Shown here: positions 29,571-39,138 of the stretch, in pieces
How the letters are laid out: the number at the start of each line of letters is the position of its first letter
Numbering within the stretch: position 1 is the stretch's first letter
Program-made: the position numbers and the translations under genes
Origin: an uncultured Gammaproteobacteria bacterium
GTDB taxonomy: Bacteria; Pseudomonadota; Gammaproteobacteria; JBGSLN01
Reading direction: 5' to 3'
Assembly: GCA_963748135.1 (NCBI GenBank)
Contig: CAVVHY010000012.1
Span: 24,390-88,389 of the forward strand
DNA: 64,000 bases
Notes under the pieces: model-generated
Databases searched by the model: none
The model's input: the letters and a program-made list of their open reading frames with translations, nothing else
What the model was told of the DNA's origin: nothing

Positions 29571-30069
29571 ATCGAACATTTGACTATTTAATTCAGCACC
29601 TTCACTCCACCACCATTACAGTGTCTTCGTCACTACTACGAGCTGATCCGCCCCAGTGCACTGCATCGGTACTCTCACCCTCATGAAACGAATCACTTGA
29701 ATTTCTCCCTTAACATCAGAACAACTGGTTCCCGTAGTTCCATGGAAAAGCCTAAACAAGAGTCACGCCACCTCTATGCCGGACAACGTCCACCCAGAGC
29801 TCAGATTAACCGGTAGACTTATCCCAACAGAATGTAGAGCCGCTGGTTTTGGTGTCAGTTTGGTAGCTTACGACTCTTGAACAGTGATTCACTTTCGTTT
29901 GTCTCTCTTGCTCTTACCTGCCCAAGAACGTGTCTTGGGATTTTTCCACAACGCTCACGACCTCTGCTCCTTACTTAACAGAACCCGCATGTGGTGGTTT
30001 GAAGCCAGCCTCTGATAGCCGACTCCGGCGGGCCTTCCGCCATCTTTTCCATAGCTTGCTACGGCACAC
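29571..30069 (-). mobile_element. Group II intron 5' fragment (domain I to just before the RT start), copy 1
   Basis: Begins GTGTGCCGTAGCAAGC at 30069, colinear with copy 2. EBS1-like loop CTCTACATT within stem CAGCGG/CTGTTG. Confidence 0.85.
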
Positions 30070-30150
30070 CTACAATTTTGCTACATAGCAATAATTAGGC
30101 AAGTTCAGCCTTTGTAAGGCTGATATAACTTATTGATTATTGATAGAATC

Positions 30151-30197
30151 TGGTGCCGGTGCGCCGAATCAAACGGCGGATCTACTGATTACAAATT
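30151..30197 (-). repeat. att-like 3' half of tRNA-Thr, copy B
   Basis: AATTTGTAATCAGTAGATCCGCCGTTTGATTCGGCGCACCGGCACCA. Shares ~130 bp of right flank with copies C and D. Confidence 0.85.
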
Positions 30198-30342
30198 AGG
30201 CAGACTCTGGCTAGTAACTATATGTTTTTTATATGTTTCTGTGAATTTAAGAAATGGTCAAAACTGCTTATTCGCGTCTAATAAAATCAATAAGATACAG
30301 AAGCATTTCGCCATGTATATTTTGAGTCCGCTGGGTACATTA

Positions 30343-30520
30343 TCCTAGAATCGGCAGTTGAAATCGTAGCGAGAGCGCTTAAGCTAATGAATCTACATGT
30401 GATTTTTGCAAAATTTTTTGAAGCAGTACTCACCCGTACGGTGAAAAAAATTTTGCAAAAATCGCATGTAGATTCAGACGATTAAGTGCTCGTAGTAGAT
30501 TTCAACTGCCGATTCTAGGA
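30343..30520. repeat. 178-bp long imperfect palindrome (MITE/REP-like)
   Basis: TCCTAGAATCGGCAGTTGAAATC...GAATCTACATGTGATTTTTGCAAAATTTTTT-loop-AAAAAATTTTGCAAAAATCGCATGTAGATTC...GATTTCAACTGCCGATTCTAGGA. Confidence 0.9.
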
Positions 30521-30609
30521 TTATAAGCATATCTGGAACATTTATTTCTTGTTTATAAAAAAGCAGGTAGGGTGACACAGTTAGGTGAACGCTCTCGTAA
30601 ACTCAAGGG

Positions 30610-30793
30610 CATATCAGGCCAAATCGTAAGGATCATAGGGAGCTTTATCTTATTGAAGAAGCGCTAAAAGCTCAGCATGCGAACTACGAAACAGTTAAGG
30701 CCCTACGCCATGACAGAGCCAAACCTTTCTGGGGTGCCTTGAAAACTTATCTTCAAGAAAAGTCACTCAACGTGCCGACCAAATGCAAAGTGG
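30610..30793 (+). mobile_element. Probable IS66-family transposase internal fragment, interrupted by IS256
   Basis: ELYLIEEALKAQ...ALRHDRAKPFWGALKTYLQEKSLNVPTKCKVG resembles the IS66 LYxIE...R...P...P.S..G segment. Confidence 0.45.
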
Positions 30794-31378
30794 GATCAAG
30801 TCCAAAAAGTGCTGTAAGGTCGCATTCTCCAATCCCCTAAAATTAGGTTAAAGTAATAACGTTATCTAGTTTACCTTGTTCGTTGATTTCATTTTTCCAT
30901 TGCCAATATTCAGTCATATCAAAATAATGGATAGCGGAATGCCATTCATCATATTCTTCAACGAGTAATGCTCCAATGAGTCGTTCAGCGGCGGCTTCAT
31001 TCGGAAATATACGAATAACCCGTCGTCTGCGTCGAATTTCTTGATTCATACACTCGGCTAAGTTTGTGGTGCGTAGCCGTTGTCGATACCGCTCAGGGAA
31101 GATTAATATGGCAAGGGCTTACTTCTAGTCCGCTCTCAAGACAAACCATGGCTCGTTTCGCTTTCTTCTCATAGGTTGCGATTAAGTCTTTTGCCAATCG
31201 TCTTGCCGTGTCAATGTTAGGGGCTTGAAAAATGAGTTTTAATTCGCTGGCCAGTGGCTTTTTTAAATGATGAGGATAATGACCTAAGATATTACGCATA
31301 AAATGCGTTTGACAACATTGCCACTGCACGCCCTGAAAATGTTTTTTTAAGGCATTCACGGTCATCAGAAATGAATTT
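30794..31378 (-). mobile_element. IS256-family remnant: frameshifted transposase C-terminal half plus right end
   Basis: ISDD..., WQCCQTHFMRNIL, LRTTNLAECMNQEIRRRRRVIRIFPNEAAAERLIGA. End TTACAGCACTTTTTGGACTTGATC. Confidence 0.88.
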
Positions 31379-31380
31379 GA

Positions 31381-33261
31381 TCATCGCCTGGCGCTTTGCT
31401 TAGTTGCGCTGCTCGTATCCTTACTAGTATTTGTTGAGACCGGAGTACGATCATCTGCTTGGGACCTAAGGTGAAGCGATGTCAGTAATTCTATCGGTCT
31501 AGAGTAATTTTTATCCTCTTCATCACTCAATCGAAGCTGGGCAAGACCATTGGATCCGCATCCCAACAACCGCCCCTGGTCGGTGAAAATGATAGTATGA
31601 TGCGGACCGCATTCAATCGCGTGTACGTGTTCACCCACTTTAAGAAAGCTTAACTCTAACTCAGTTGGGATAAGCCTAGCATCTGTACAACCTAGCCCGA
31701 GTTCACCATAATGATTACCTCCCCATGCTAACAACCGTCCATGATCGGTGATTAAGAAGATTTGTTCGCCACCACTTTCAATCGCATGTATATATTCACC
31801 CTCATTAAGAAAGCTTAAGTCTAACTCAGTTGGGGTAAGTCTATGATCTATATCACCCAGTCCAAGCTGGCCACTGTGATTCTTTCCCCATACGAATAAC
31901 CGCCCTTGATTAGTACGCAAGAAGGTGTTATAGCCACCACATCCTATCGCGTGAATGCCTTCACCCTTATTAAGAAAATCTAATTCTAATTCAGTTGGGA
32001 AAAGCCTAGTCTTTGTATCACCCAACCCAAGCTGACCACAATCATTGTATCCCCATGCTAACAAACGTCCATGGTCAGTGCACAATATTCCGTGATATTC
32101 ACCACATTCAACCGCGCGTATACTTTCACCCTTATTAAGAAAACCTAACTCTAATTCAGTTGGGGTAAGTCTATTCTTCGTATCACCCAACCCAAGCTGG
32201 CCACAATTATTATCTCCACATGCCAACAAACGCCTCTGGTCAGTAAGTAATAGTGTGTAATACTGACCACACTTAATTGTGCGTACATGTTCACCCTCTT
32301 TAAGAAAGCTTAAGTCTAACTCAGTTGGGGTAAGTCTATCATCTGAATCGCCCAACCCGAGCCCACCATAATAATTGGCACCCCATGCTAACAACCGTCC
32401 ATGATCGGTGATTAAGAGGGTATGATCGTGACCACTTTCAATCGCACATATGCATTCACCCTCTTTAAGAAAGCTTAACCCTAACTCAGTTGGAGTAGGC
32501 CTTTTACTTCTATCGCCCAACCCAAGCTGGCCACTAGCATTGCATCCCCACACCCAACACTTTTGGTTAAGGCAATATATGGTATGCCCATTACCGGAAA
32601 CAAGAAAAAAAGGCAGCTTTTTTCGCTGCTCGACCTGAAGGATATCCCTAAAAAAGCGATTGGTCCCACGCCACGAGGTGAGGGCTTGATAATCACACAT
32701 CGCGGCAATAGACGTAAACATCTCATTGGGTAAGGGACTTTCATCAAGAGATCGTACTAGCACTGCGAGTTTCTCCCCGATCAAATCGTTTGCTAATTTA
32801 CAAAGAAGTTTATCTTTACATCGCAAAGCGGCAATGGTTTGAGGGAAACGCAGCTTAAATTGATTCAGCTCATATTCCGTATATGAACCTTTACATAAAT
32901 TTTTCAGAAATTGAACACAGTTATTGGCACGCTCTTTGTCTGATAATATTAGTTCGTTGTTAATATCTCTTCTTATGGCTATTCTCTCACGCCGTAGGGC
33001 ATTTCTTATCAGTGGCTTAGCTAAGCCACTGAGAGATGGATGCTTACTCACTAGCGCTTTAAGGGTATAGCGAAATCGCTGCTTGAATTCATCATCTAAC
33101 TTACCGCTTATATACGATGTCGAATGTGAGCCTGCGACTAAGCTTTGCAAAAACGTAATGCAAGTAATAACATCGTCTGTCCTATGGTCCAGTTGCAGCT
33201 CCAGCACTACTTGTCGAGAAAGCTTATCTCGTGCAAGATCAACGTCTGTGAATTTTTGCAT
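31381..33261 (-). CDS. Divergent F-box + 7x RCC1-repeat protein (eukaryote-like effector candidate)
   Basis: SPLPNEMFTSIAAMCDYQAL...RFFRDIL. Seven 55-aa repeats GRLLAWGxNxxGQLGLG, with a 165-bp DNA period (identical 21-mers at 31823 and 32318). Confidence 0.9.
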   Translation of the reverse strand: MQKFTDVDLARDKLSRQVVLELQLDHRTDDVITCITFLQSLVAGSHSTSYISGKLDDEFKQRFRYTLKALVSKHPSLSGLAKPLIRNALRRERIAIRRDINNELILSDKERANNCVQFLKNLCKGSYTEYELNQFKLRFPQTIAALRCKDKLLCKLANDLIGEKLAVLVRSLDESPLPNEMFTSIAAMCDYQALTSWRGTNRFFRDILQVEQRKKLPFFLVSGNGHTIYCLNQKCWVWGCNASGQLGLGDRSKRPTPTELGLSFLKEGECICAIESGHDHTLLITDHGRLLAWGANYYGGLGLGDSDDRLTPTELDLSFLKEGEHVRTIKCGQYYTLLLTDQRRLLACGDNNCGQLGLGDTKNRLTPTELELGFLNKGESIRAVECGEYHGILCTDHGRLLAWGYNDCGQLGLGDTKTRLFPTELELDFLNKGEGIHAIGCGGYNTFLRTNQGRLFVWGKNHSGQLGLGDIDHRLTPTELDLSFLNEGEYIHAIESGGEQIFLITDHGRLLAWGGNHYGELGLGCTDARLIPTELELSFLKVGEHVHAIECGPHHTIIFTDQGRLLGCGSNGLAQLRLSDEEDKNYSRPIELLTSLHLRSQADDRTPVSTNTSKDTSSATKQSARR

Positions 33262-33558
33262 TTAAACTTTCCCGAATTAAAATCTTCTGGATTATATTTT
33301 AGTGGCGCCCGCAGTGTTTGTCAATTGTTCGTAACATTCTATGTTGGTAACATGTTACTTGTCCGGTCCATGTAACATTCGAGTTGTTGGATTTAATAGC
33401 GTCTAATATTAAAAATCAGTCCAAAGTCTAGTAATTTTAAAGTTTACCTTTTTATGATTGCGGTTATGTACTTCACCGAATGCTTACGTTAGATTTACAG
33501 GGTTTACCGTCATAACCATTACAAATTATCATCTTCAAGCTAATTTCATTGAAAACAA

Positions 33559-35264
33559 TCACGGACTAAATGATGACTCTTTGTCACTACTATTCGAGCT
33601 CCAATTTCCTGTATCATCCTCTTTATCTGGAATTTCATCTTCAAATAAGTCTTCACTACTACTTGAGTAAAAATCAAAGGCAGTTAAAAATTTTGAAGAC
33701 TCAGATAAATTATTAACAGCATCTTGTCTTTTTCTTCGTTCCAGAGCAATATTTAATTCCATTTTTTTCTGTGTTAGTATCCGACTTCTTTTATAAAAGG
33801 ATACTCCTGAATGAATCACGCTGACTTCTGTAGAGTTGGTACTTTTCCTTTCACTATTATAATCATCTATTTTAGCATTTTGCAATTTATTTGGTTCCAC
33901 AATAATAGCATTAAAATGAATGAGAATCGCCTTTTCTTCTATATTAACATGCGCGAGATGCACATAAATTTTATCATATGGATCTCTACCTTTATAAATC
34001 GAATCATAACTAGGTTCTGGCCAAAAAACTCCTTCTTCACTCAACTCTCGTGAAGTGTAATAAAAATGAAAATGTATATTATAGCAATAAGATAACCAAG
34101 CAAAATGTGATTGCGTAAGCCAATAACCTGAGCTAACAAATTTTTTTCTCCACGTTTTGATATCAGGAGCACCAGCTTCTTGTATCATGCCTTCTATACG
34201 TTTTTTTTCTTCTTTACTCATTTCAGAAGAGTGATAAGTTTTTTTAACTAAATTAATCATACAACTACGGGTAAATTCATTTGCTAGTTGATGATGACCG
34301 ACTGTTTTTAAATATCGCTGTATCACTGTTAATCCGCAATTTCCATCTGGATTCGCATTAATCACTCGACATCTTTTTGATCATCTTCGATTAAAATTTT
34401 ATTAATAGACCGCTGGGAAGCAAAAATAGCCTTATCAAGATCAGATATCAATTGATCAGGCACTGACTCAATTTCTTTTTGATGAGATGCTCGTGGGGTA
34501 TCCGTGATATCCGATTGGATAATTACAGATTGCTGAATATTCCCTGGCGATAAAAGGCAGTCTAAAGTTTCAAATCTTGCTTTAAATGTGGGAATAATGG
34601 TTTTATGCAAAAGTCTCCTTTTTTTCAATTCACGTCGATTTTTTTTAATACTAATAGACGGCTTTTTATCTGCTTTTAAAAGTTTGTCAATTAATTTATA
34701 TGAGATTTCATCTTTTTTGAGTAAGCAACAATGTTGATCTTCTGTCGACTCTGACTCTGGCTTCGCAACTACTAAGCAATGCTCCAAGTCTGGGGAAGTT
34801 GCCTTAAGGCGCTCAGAAAGCCAAAGTATTGCCAAATGTCCTTCTTTCTGCCTAACAGCACTTAGTTTTTGTTTTTCGCCTAATTTTGTTTTGGCATCTT
34901 GCTTAGAACCAGCATGTGCCATAGGATGTATTCCATCAAAATATGCAAGGTCAATTTCATCACCATACACGTCTTAAATAGTTACTTTATCCATTGAGCG
35001 ACCTGGTTTTTTAGGGTGAATTAGCACATGCCGCCAAGAATAAAGATTATTTCCATCCACGTCGAACAACTGCACACCAGATTCCATCAAATCAAGAAGC
35101 ATCCCAGATAATATCGAAATTTCATTTCTAGCAGTTTCAGATACAAACCAAGCTGACACTAGACTAGGTAAAAAATATAATAATGCATCCACCAGTTTTT
35201 TACCTTGTAATAATGAACGCATAATCATAGCAAGTTCACGTGTATCCTTAACCGAGGTTGAGCT
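33559..35264 (-). pseudogene. 5'-truncated effector-like gene with an OTU-like protease domain, broken by one in-frame TAA (34974) and one frameshift in an A5 run (34374-34378)
   Basis: ORFs 34974-35228 and 34362-34970 are in the same frame. The third frame reads RCRVINANPDGNCG...YWLTQSHFAWLSYCYNIHF...HFNAI. Confidence 0.7.
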
Positions 35265-35473
35265 TTAACCGCCTAATAGAAGCCGCATGGCTAATAACAA
35301 CTATGTTCTGACTTAAGAATCTGGCATATAGCTTTAATCTGTCGTTAACTCTAAAATCCTTACCGACCAGATTGTTCTTCAACAGAAGCATATATTTACA
35401 AAAATTTGTACTTGTTAATAAGTTAATATTATGCTATATTTGTTTTATCAATACTGCAATTAACGGCTGAATT

Positions 35474-36151
35474 ATGAATATCCTAAAAACTCTCTTAGAA
35501 GAATTTTTCGAAGTATTACCACCATTAGAATCGATCACACAAAGAAATATCATAATCCCAGATTTAAAAAAGATTAAAGCAATCATTGGTATGAGACGAA
35601 CGGGTAAAACCTATTTTCTTTATCAACAAATTCATGAGTTATTACAAAGCGGGATAAGCCAAGAGCAAATACTTTATCTTAATTTTGAAGACGACCGCTT
35701 GACACCTTTGGATAAATTCCAGTTCTCAACGTTACTTGAGAATTTTTATAGCCTATACCCGGAGAACCATAATCGCATATGTTACTTCTTCCTTGATGAA
35801 ATACAAAATGTCGAAGATTGGGCACAGGTTGTTAGGCGATTTTATGACACTAAAAAAACTGAAATTATGATCAGCGGTTCATCTGCGAAATTGCTAAGTA
35901 AAGAAATTGCCACTTCATTACGTGGAAGATGTTATGCAATTGAAGTATGGCCCTATAGCTTTAGTGATTACTTATTCAAGATGAATCAACTTGTCACAAG
36001 CAAAGTAATTAGTCGTATCACCTTGGATCGTATGCGAGTAGCAATGATTAATTACTTTAACGAAGGGGGCATGCCAGAATTATATGGCGCATCACAAGAA
36101 GAACGATTTCGAATACAGATTATTTTTAAGATCCCGTTCAAAGTCTTCTAG
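35474..36151 (+). pseudogene. Truncated duplicate of the AAA_14/DUF4143 ATPase gene
   Basis: Near-identical to the first ~213 aa of 39139-40392 (GMRRTGKT, FLDEIQ). Ends fused to the antisense intron RT stub at ~36112. Confidence 0.9.
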
Positions 36152-36854
36152 CGTTTGACCATCAATGCCTGCTGATCCAGCATTGGCTTTGACAAGTCTG
36201 TACGCATCGACGACTCGTTGCTTCGGTATCTCAAAGGGTTTTGTCATTTCCTTTATTTCCTCCTGACAATATCAGTTGAATATTGAATTTGACCACTTAA
36301 TCCAGCCCCTTCGCTCCACTGTCATTACGACAGCTTCATCACTACTACGAACTGGTCCGTCCCAGTGCCTTACATCAGTACTCTCGCCCTTGCAGAGTTA
36401 AACTACTTGGGCTTCTCCTTTTGCATTAAGACGACTGGTTCCCGCAGTTCCACAAAAGAGCCCAGACTTGATTCACGCCACCTTCTACGCCGAGCACCAC
36501 TCACCCAGAATCAGGTTAACCGGTGAGCTTATCCCAACAGAATGTAGAGCCGTTGGTTTCGATGCTAATTTAAGTAGCTTACGGCGCTTACGATGATTCA
36601 CTCCACGTTCGTCTCCCAAGTCCACACCTATCTGAGATCTTGTCTCAAACTTAGCCACAACGCTCATGACCATCACTCTTAATGACTGCCGCATGTGGTG
36701 GTTTGAAGCCTGCCACCTGATGACCGACTTCGGCGGGCCTACCGCCATCTCTTTTGTAGCTTGCGACAAACATAGCAACCCACTTGCCTGCTATTTCTGC
36801 TACACTGCTGAAAGTAAGCAGTTTGGTTTGCTACATTTGCCTGCTACGGCACAC
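36113..36854 (-). mobile_element. Group II intron 5' fragment, copy 2, with the first 45 codons of a class-D (RmInt1-like) reverse transcriptase
   Basis: GTGTGCCGTAGCA at 36854. ORF from 36247 MTKPFEIPKQRVVDAYRLVKANAGSAGIDGQTLEDFERDLKNNLY, then truncated. Confidence 0.9.
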
Positions 36855-37044
36855 CTACAATTTTGCTACAGTCGCTAATCTGTTTATATACCCAGTAAAC
36901 TTCCTATCACGCATAGCATGAGCTTTGAGATATTCCAAAATCGTCGGTAGAGTGCGAATATGAAACATATATAAAAATGATTTACATTAGCGCAATAAGT
37001 AAACTGAATATGAAGGCGTCATATTCATTCTTATGTTATATGAC

Positions 37045-37896
37045 TTATAGAATTTTAATGATTGGTTCCAAAAAGTTCCTAATCTCGGATATCACGTCAC
37101 TAAAACTTATCGGAATATTTTCTTGTTTAACTCTACCCCTAAAAGCTAACCATTGTGGCTGTTTTGCTTTTATAAAACCCTCTGTGAATATCGTCAATGT
37201 TTGAGGCAACTCAGTACCCCTTCGTGTGAAAGTTCGTTTTATAGCATTAGCTAGATCCTGTTCTGCAAAACTAAACCGTCTCGCAAGTAAACATATATCA
37301 AAAAAATCTTTCATCCTACTATTTAGCCTATCGAGCTTTACCATTGCTTCAAACTTTTCAGCAATTACAGTCTCTGGTGGATAACATAATAGAATTGGCG
37401 AAGGTAACTGTAATATTGTTGGATACTCTTTTTTACTAGGAGCCGGTGTAATTACATCACCAAATCCGATATCCAATTGCATATTGATTCTTGCATTATC
37501 AAGGTTGGCTGTAAAGCAGACACGCACGCCTTCATAATCAGCATCTTCTTTTATTGTTTCTGTACCAACGCTATTAGCATTAAATATTATGCCATCGTCA
37601 TCATATGGCATTTGTATAATATCATGGATTATACCCTTAATTTCTTCTTGATCATTGCTTGTCTGACCTAGTAAAACAATATCCTTCGTAGGTCGAAACT
37701 CCACGTTATCCCATATCTTTAATAACAATGCTCCTTTTAAGATAAAATCGTTTGTATAATTAGATATCGCAAGTCTATATAAAAACCGTTCCATTGCGTA
37801 GTACTGCAATACCTCATTGAAAGTTCTATTGGTTTCCTTAGAAGTATTCAAAAGACGTTGTCTAATCGAAGCAGGAATATTTTTTATTGTTTTCAT
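37045..37896 (-). CDS. abiEii: AbiEii-family nucleotidyltransferase toxin (type IV TA)
   Basis: ERFLYRL...FILKGALLL...RPTKDI...QLDIGFGD...ETVIAEKFEAM...NSRMKDFFDI. Confidence 0.93.
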   Translation of the reverse strand: MKTIKNIPASIRQRLLNTSKETNRTFNEVLQYYAMERFLYRLAISNYTNDFILKGALLLKIWDNVEFRPTKDIVLLGQTSNDQEEIKGIIHDIIQMPYDDDGIIFNANSVGTETIKEDADYEGVRVCFTANLDNARINMQLDIGFGDVITPAPSKKEYPTILQLPSPILLCYPPETVIAEKFEAMVKLDRLNSRMKDFFDICLLARRFSFAEQDLANAIKRTFTRRGTELPQTLTIFTEGFIKAKQPQWLAFRGRVKQENIPISFSDVISEIRNFLEPIIKIL

Positions 37897-38492
37897 AGCA
37901 TCATTTCTAAATAAGGTTTCATCACTTTCTCAACACGGCACTGTTTTGCATAAGAAAGTATTTCATTAACTTTTATTTTTCTTCTCTGTTTATACAGATT
38001 AATTGCTTCTATTACAATGTCCATACCAATCTTGTTCCGATATTTAAAGCAATCAACCAGTGTTTTCTCAGGGGAATATATCTTTGTTTTTACTCCATCC
38101 AGGATGTGCTCTTCAACACCAATCTTATAGGCCTTTTCCGCAAACTCAAACACTTTTATTGGTGGATAATCTAGTGCTGGTTTTCGCGAATCCCTTGGTA
38201 TCGCTATTGAGACTTCATGTGGAATCTGAGTTGTTAAATTATGAAATGCTAGAGCTGATACGAGACAAACAATAGCATTTTTGACTCTCAAACTAACCGT
38301 AACTAAATCAAGATTGCTTATAGGGGGCAACTCAGCTAAACGATAAACTCCCCTACTAACTCTTATGATAAAGCCCTCATCTAGCAACTTATATAGCATA
38401 TACCTTGAAATACCTTTCCCTAAGGCATCACTCATGCGCAACTGTCCACCCATTTGCTCAAATATTTTTTTAATTTGTTGTTTTGTTTTCAA
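37893..38492 (-). CDS. abiEi: AbiEi-family antitoxin / transcriptional regulator
   Basis: N-terminal wHTH (IRVSRGVYRL), CLVSALAFHNLTTQIP, YSPEKTLVDCFKYRNKIG. 4-bp overlap with the toxin. Confidence 0.92.
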   Translation of the reverse strand: MKTKQQIKKIFEQMGGQLRMSDALGKGISRYMLYKLLDEGFIIRVSRGVYRLAELPPISNLDLVTVSLRVKNAIVCLVSALAFHNLTTQIPHEVSIAIPRDSRKPALDYPPIKVFEFAEKAYKIGVEEHILDGVKTKIYSPEKTLVDCFKYRNKIGMDIVIEAINLYKQRRKIKVNEILSYAKQCRVEKVMKPYLEMML

Positions 38493-38499
38493 AACATAG

Positions 38500-38527
38500 T
38501 GTCCTCATTTGTTAACTAATGAGGACA
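38500..38527. promoter_or_regulatory. Inverted-repeat operator over the abiEi RBS
   Basis: TGTCCTCATT-N8-AATGAGGACA, a perfect 10-bp IR. Confidence 0.6.
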
Positions 38528-38711
38528 TTTTGTCTGATTTGAAGTATTAAATCAAGTGTGCTGAACTAGATTGATCGTGAGATAATTTGGTGAATGATTA
38601 GTAGCCTTCACTAGAGTTCTGCACCTAAACGTAGTTTCGCCAAAATTTCGCCAAGAACAAAATTAGAACAAGCACTAATGTTCATAACTCATTGATTTAT
38701 ATAACTAAAAC

Positions 38712-38758
38712 TGGTGCCGGTGCGCCGAATCGAACGGCGGACCTTCTGATTACGAATT
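38712..38758 (-). repeat. att-like 3' half of tRNA-Thr(CGT), copy C, with TTTCGCCAA repeats on both flanks
   Basis: AATTCGTAATCAGAAGGTCCGCCGTTCGATTCGGCGCACCGGCACCA. Left flank shared with copy A, right flank shared with copies B and D. Confidence 0.88.
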
Positions 38759-39138
38759 AGGCATGCTTCTCCTGCTAACTCTATGTTTTTTAATCACTTC
38801 TCCGAATTTGAAAATTGACCAAAAGTGCAGGTTCGGACTTAATAAAATCAAAAAGTTACAAGCTTATTTCGCCAAGTTCATTTTGAGAGCTTTGGATACA
38901 TTTACAGCATTCTTGATTAGATAGTCTTTGAAAGCCTGGTTAGAAGCCGTATGGCCAAAAGCAACCATGTTCTGAGTCAAGAGTCTGACACATAACTTTG
39001 ATCTGTCGTTAACTCCAAAAATCTTATCAGCAAAATTATTCTTCCATAGAAATAAATATTTATTCATTATTGTACTTGTCAACAAGGTAATAATATGCTA
39101 TATTTGTACTTATTGATATTGCAATTAATGGCTGACTT

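Noticed and set aside
38864-39085. 73-aa ORF as an integrase gene
   Set aside because: Its position at the att arm is suggestive and its last codons recur at two other att sites, but no HxxR or properly spaced catalytic motif is visible. Left uncalled.
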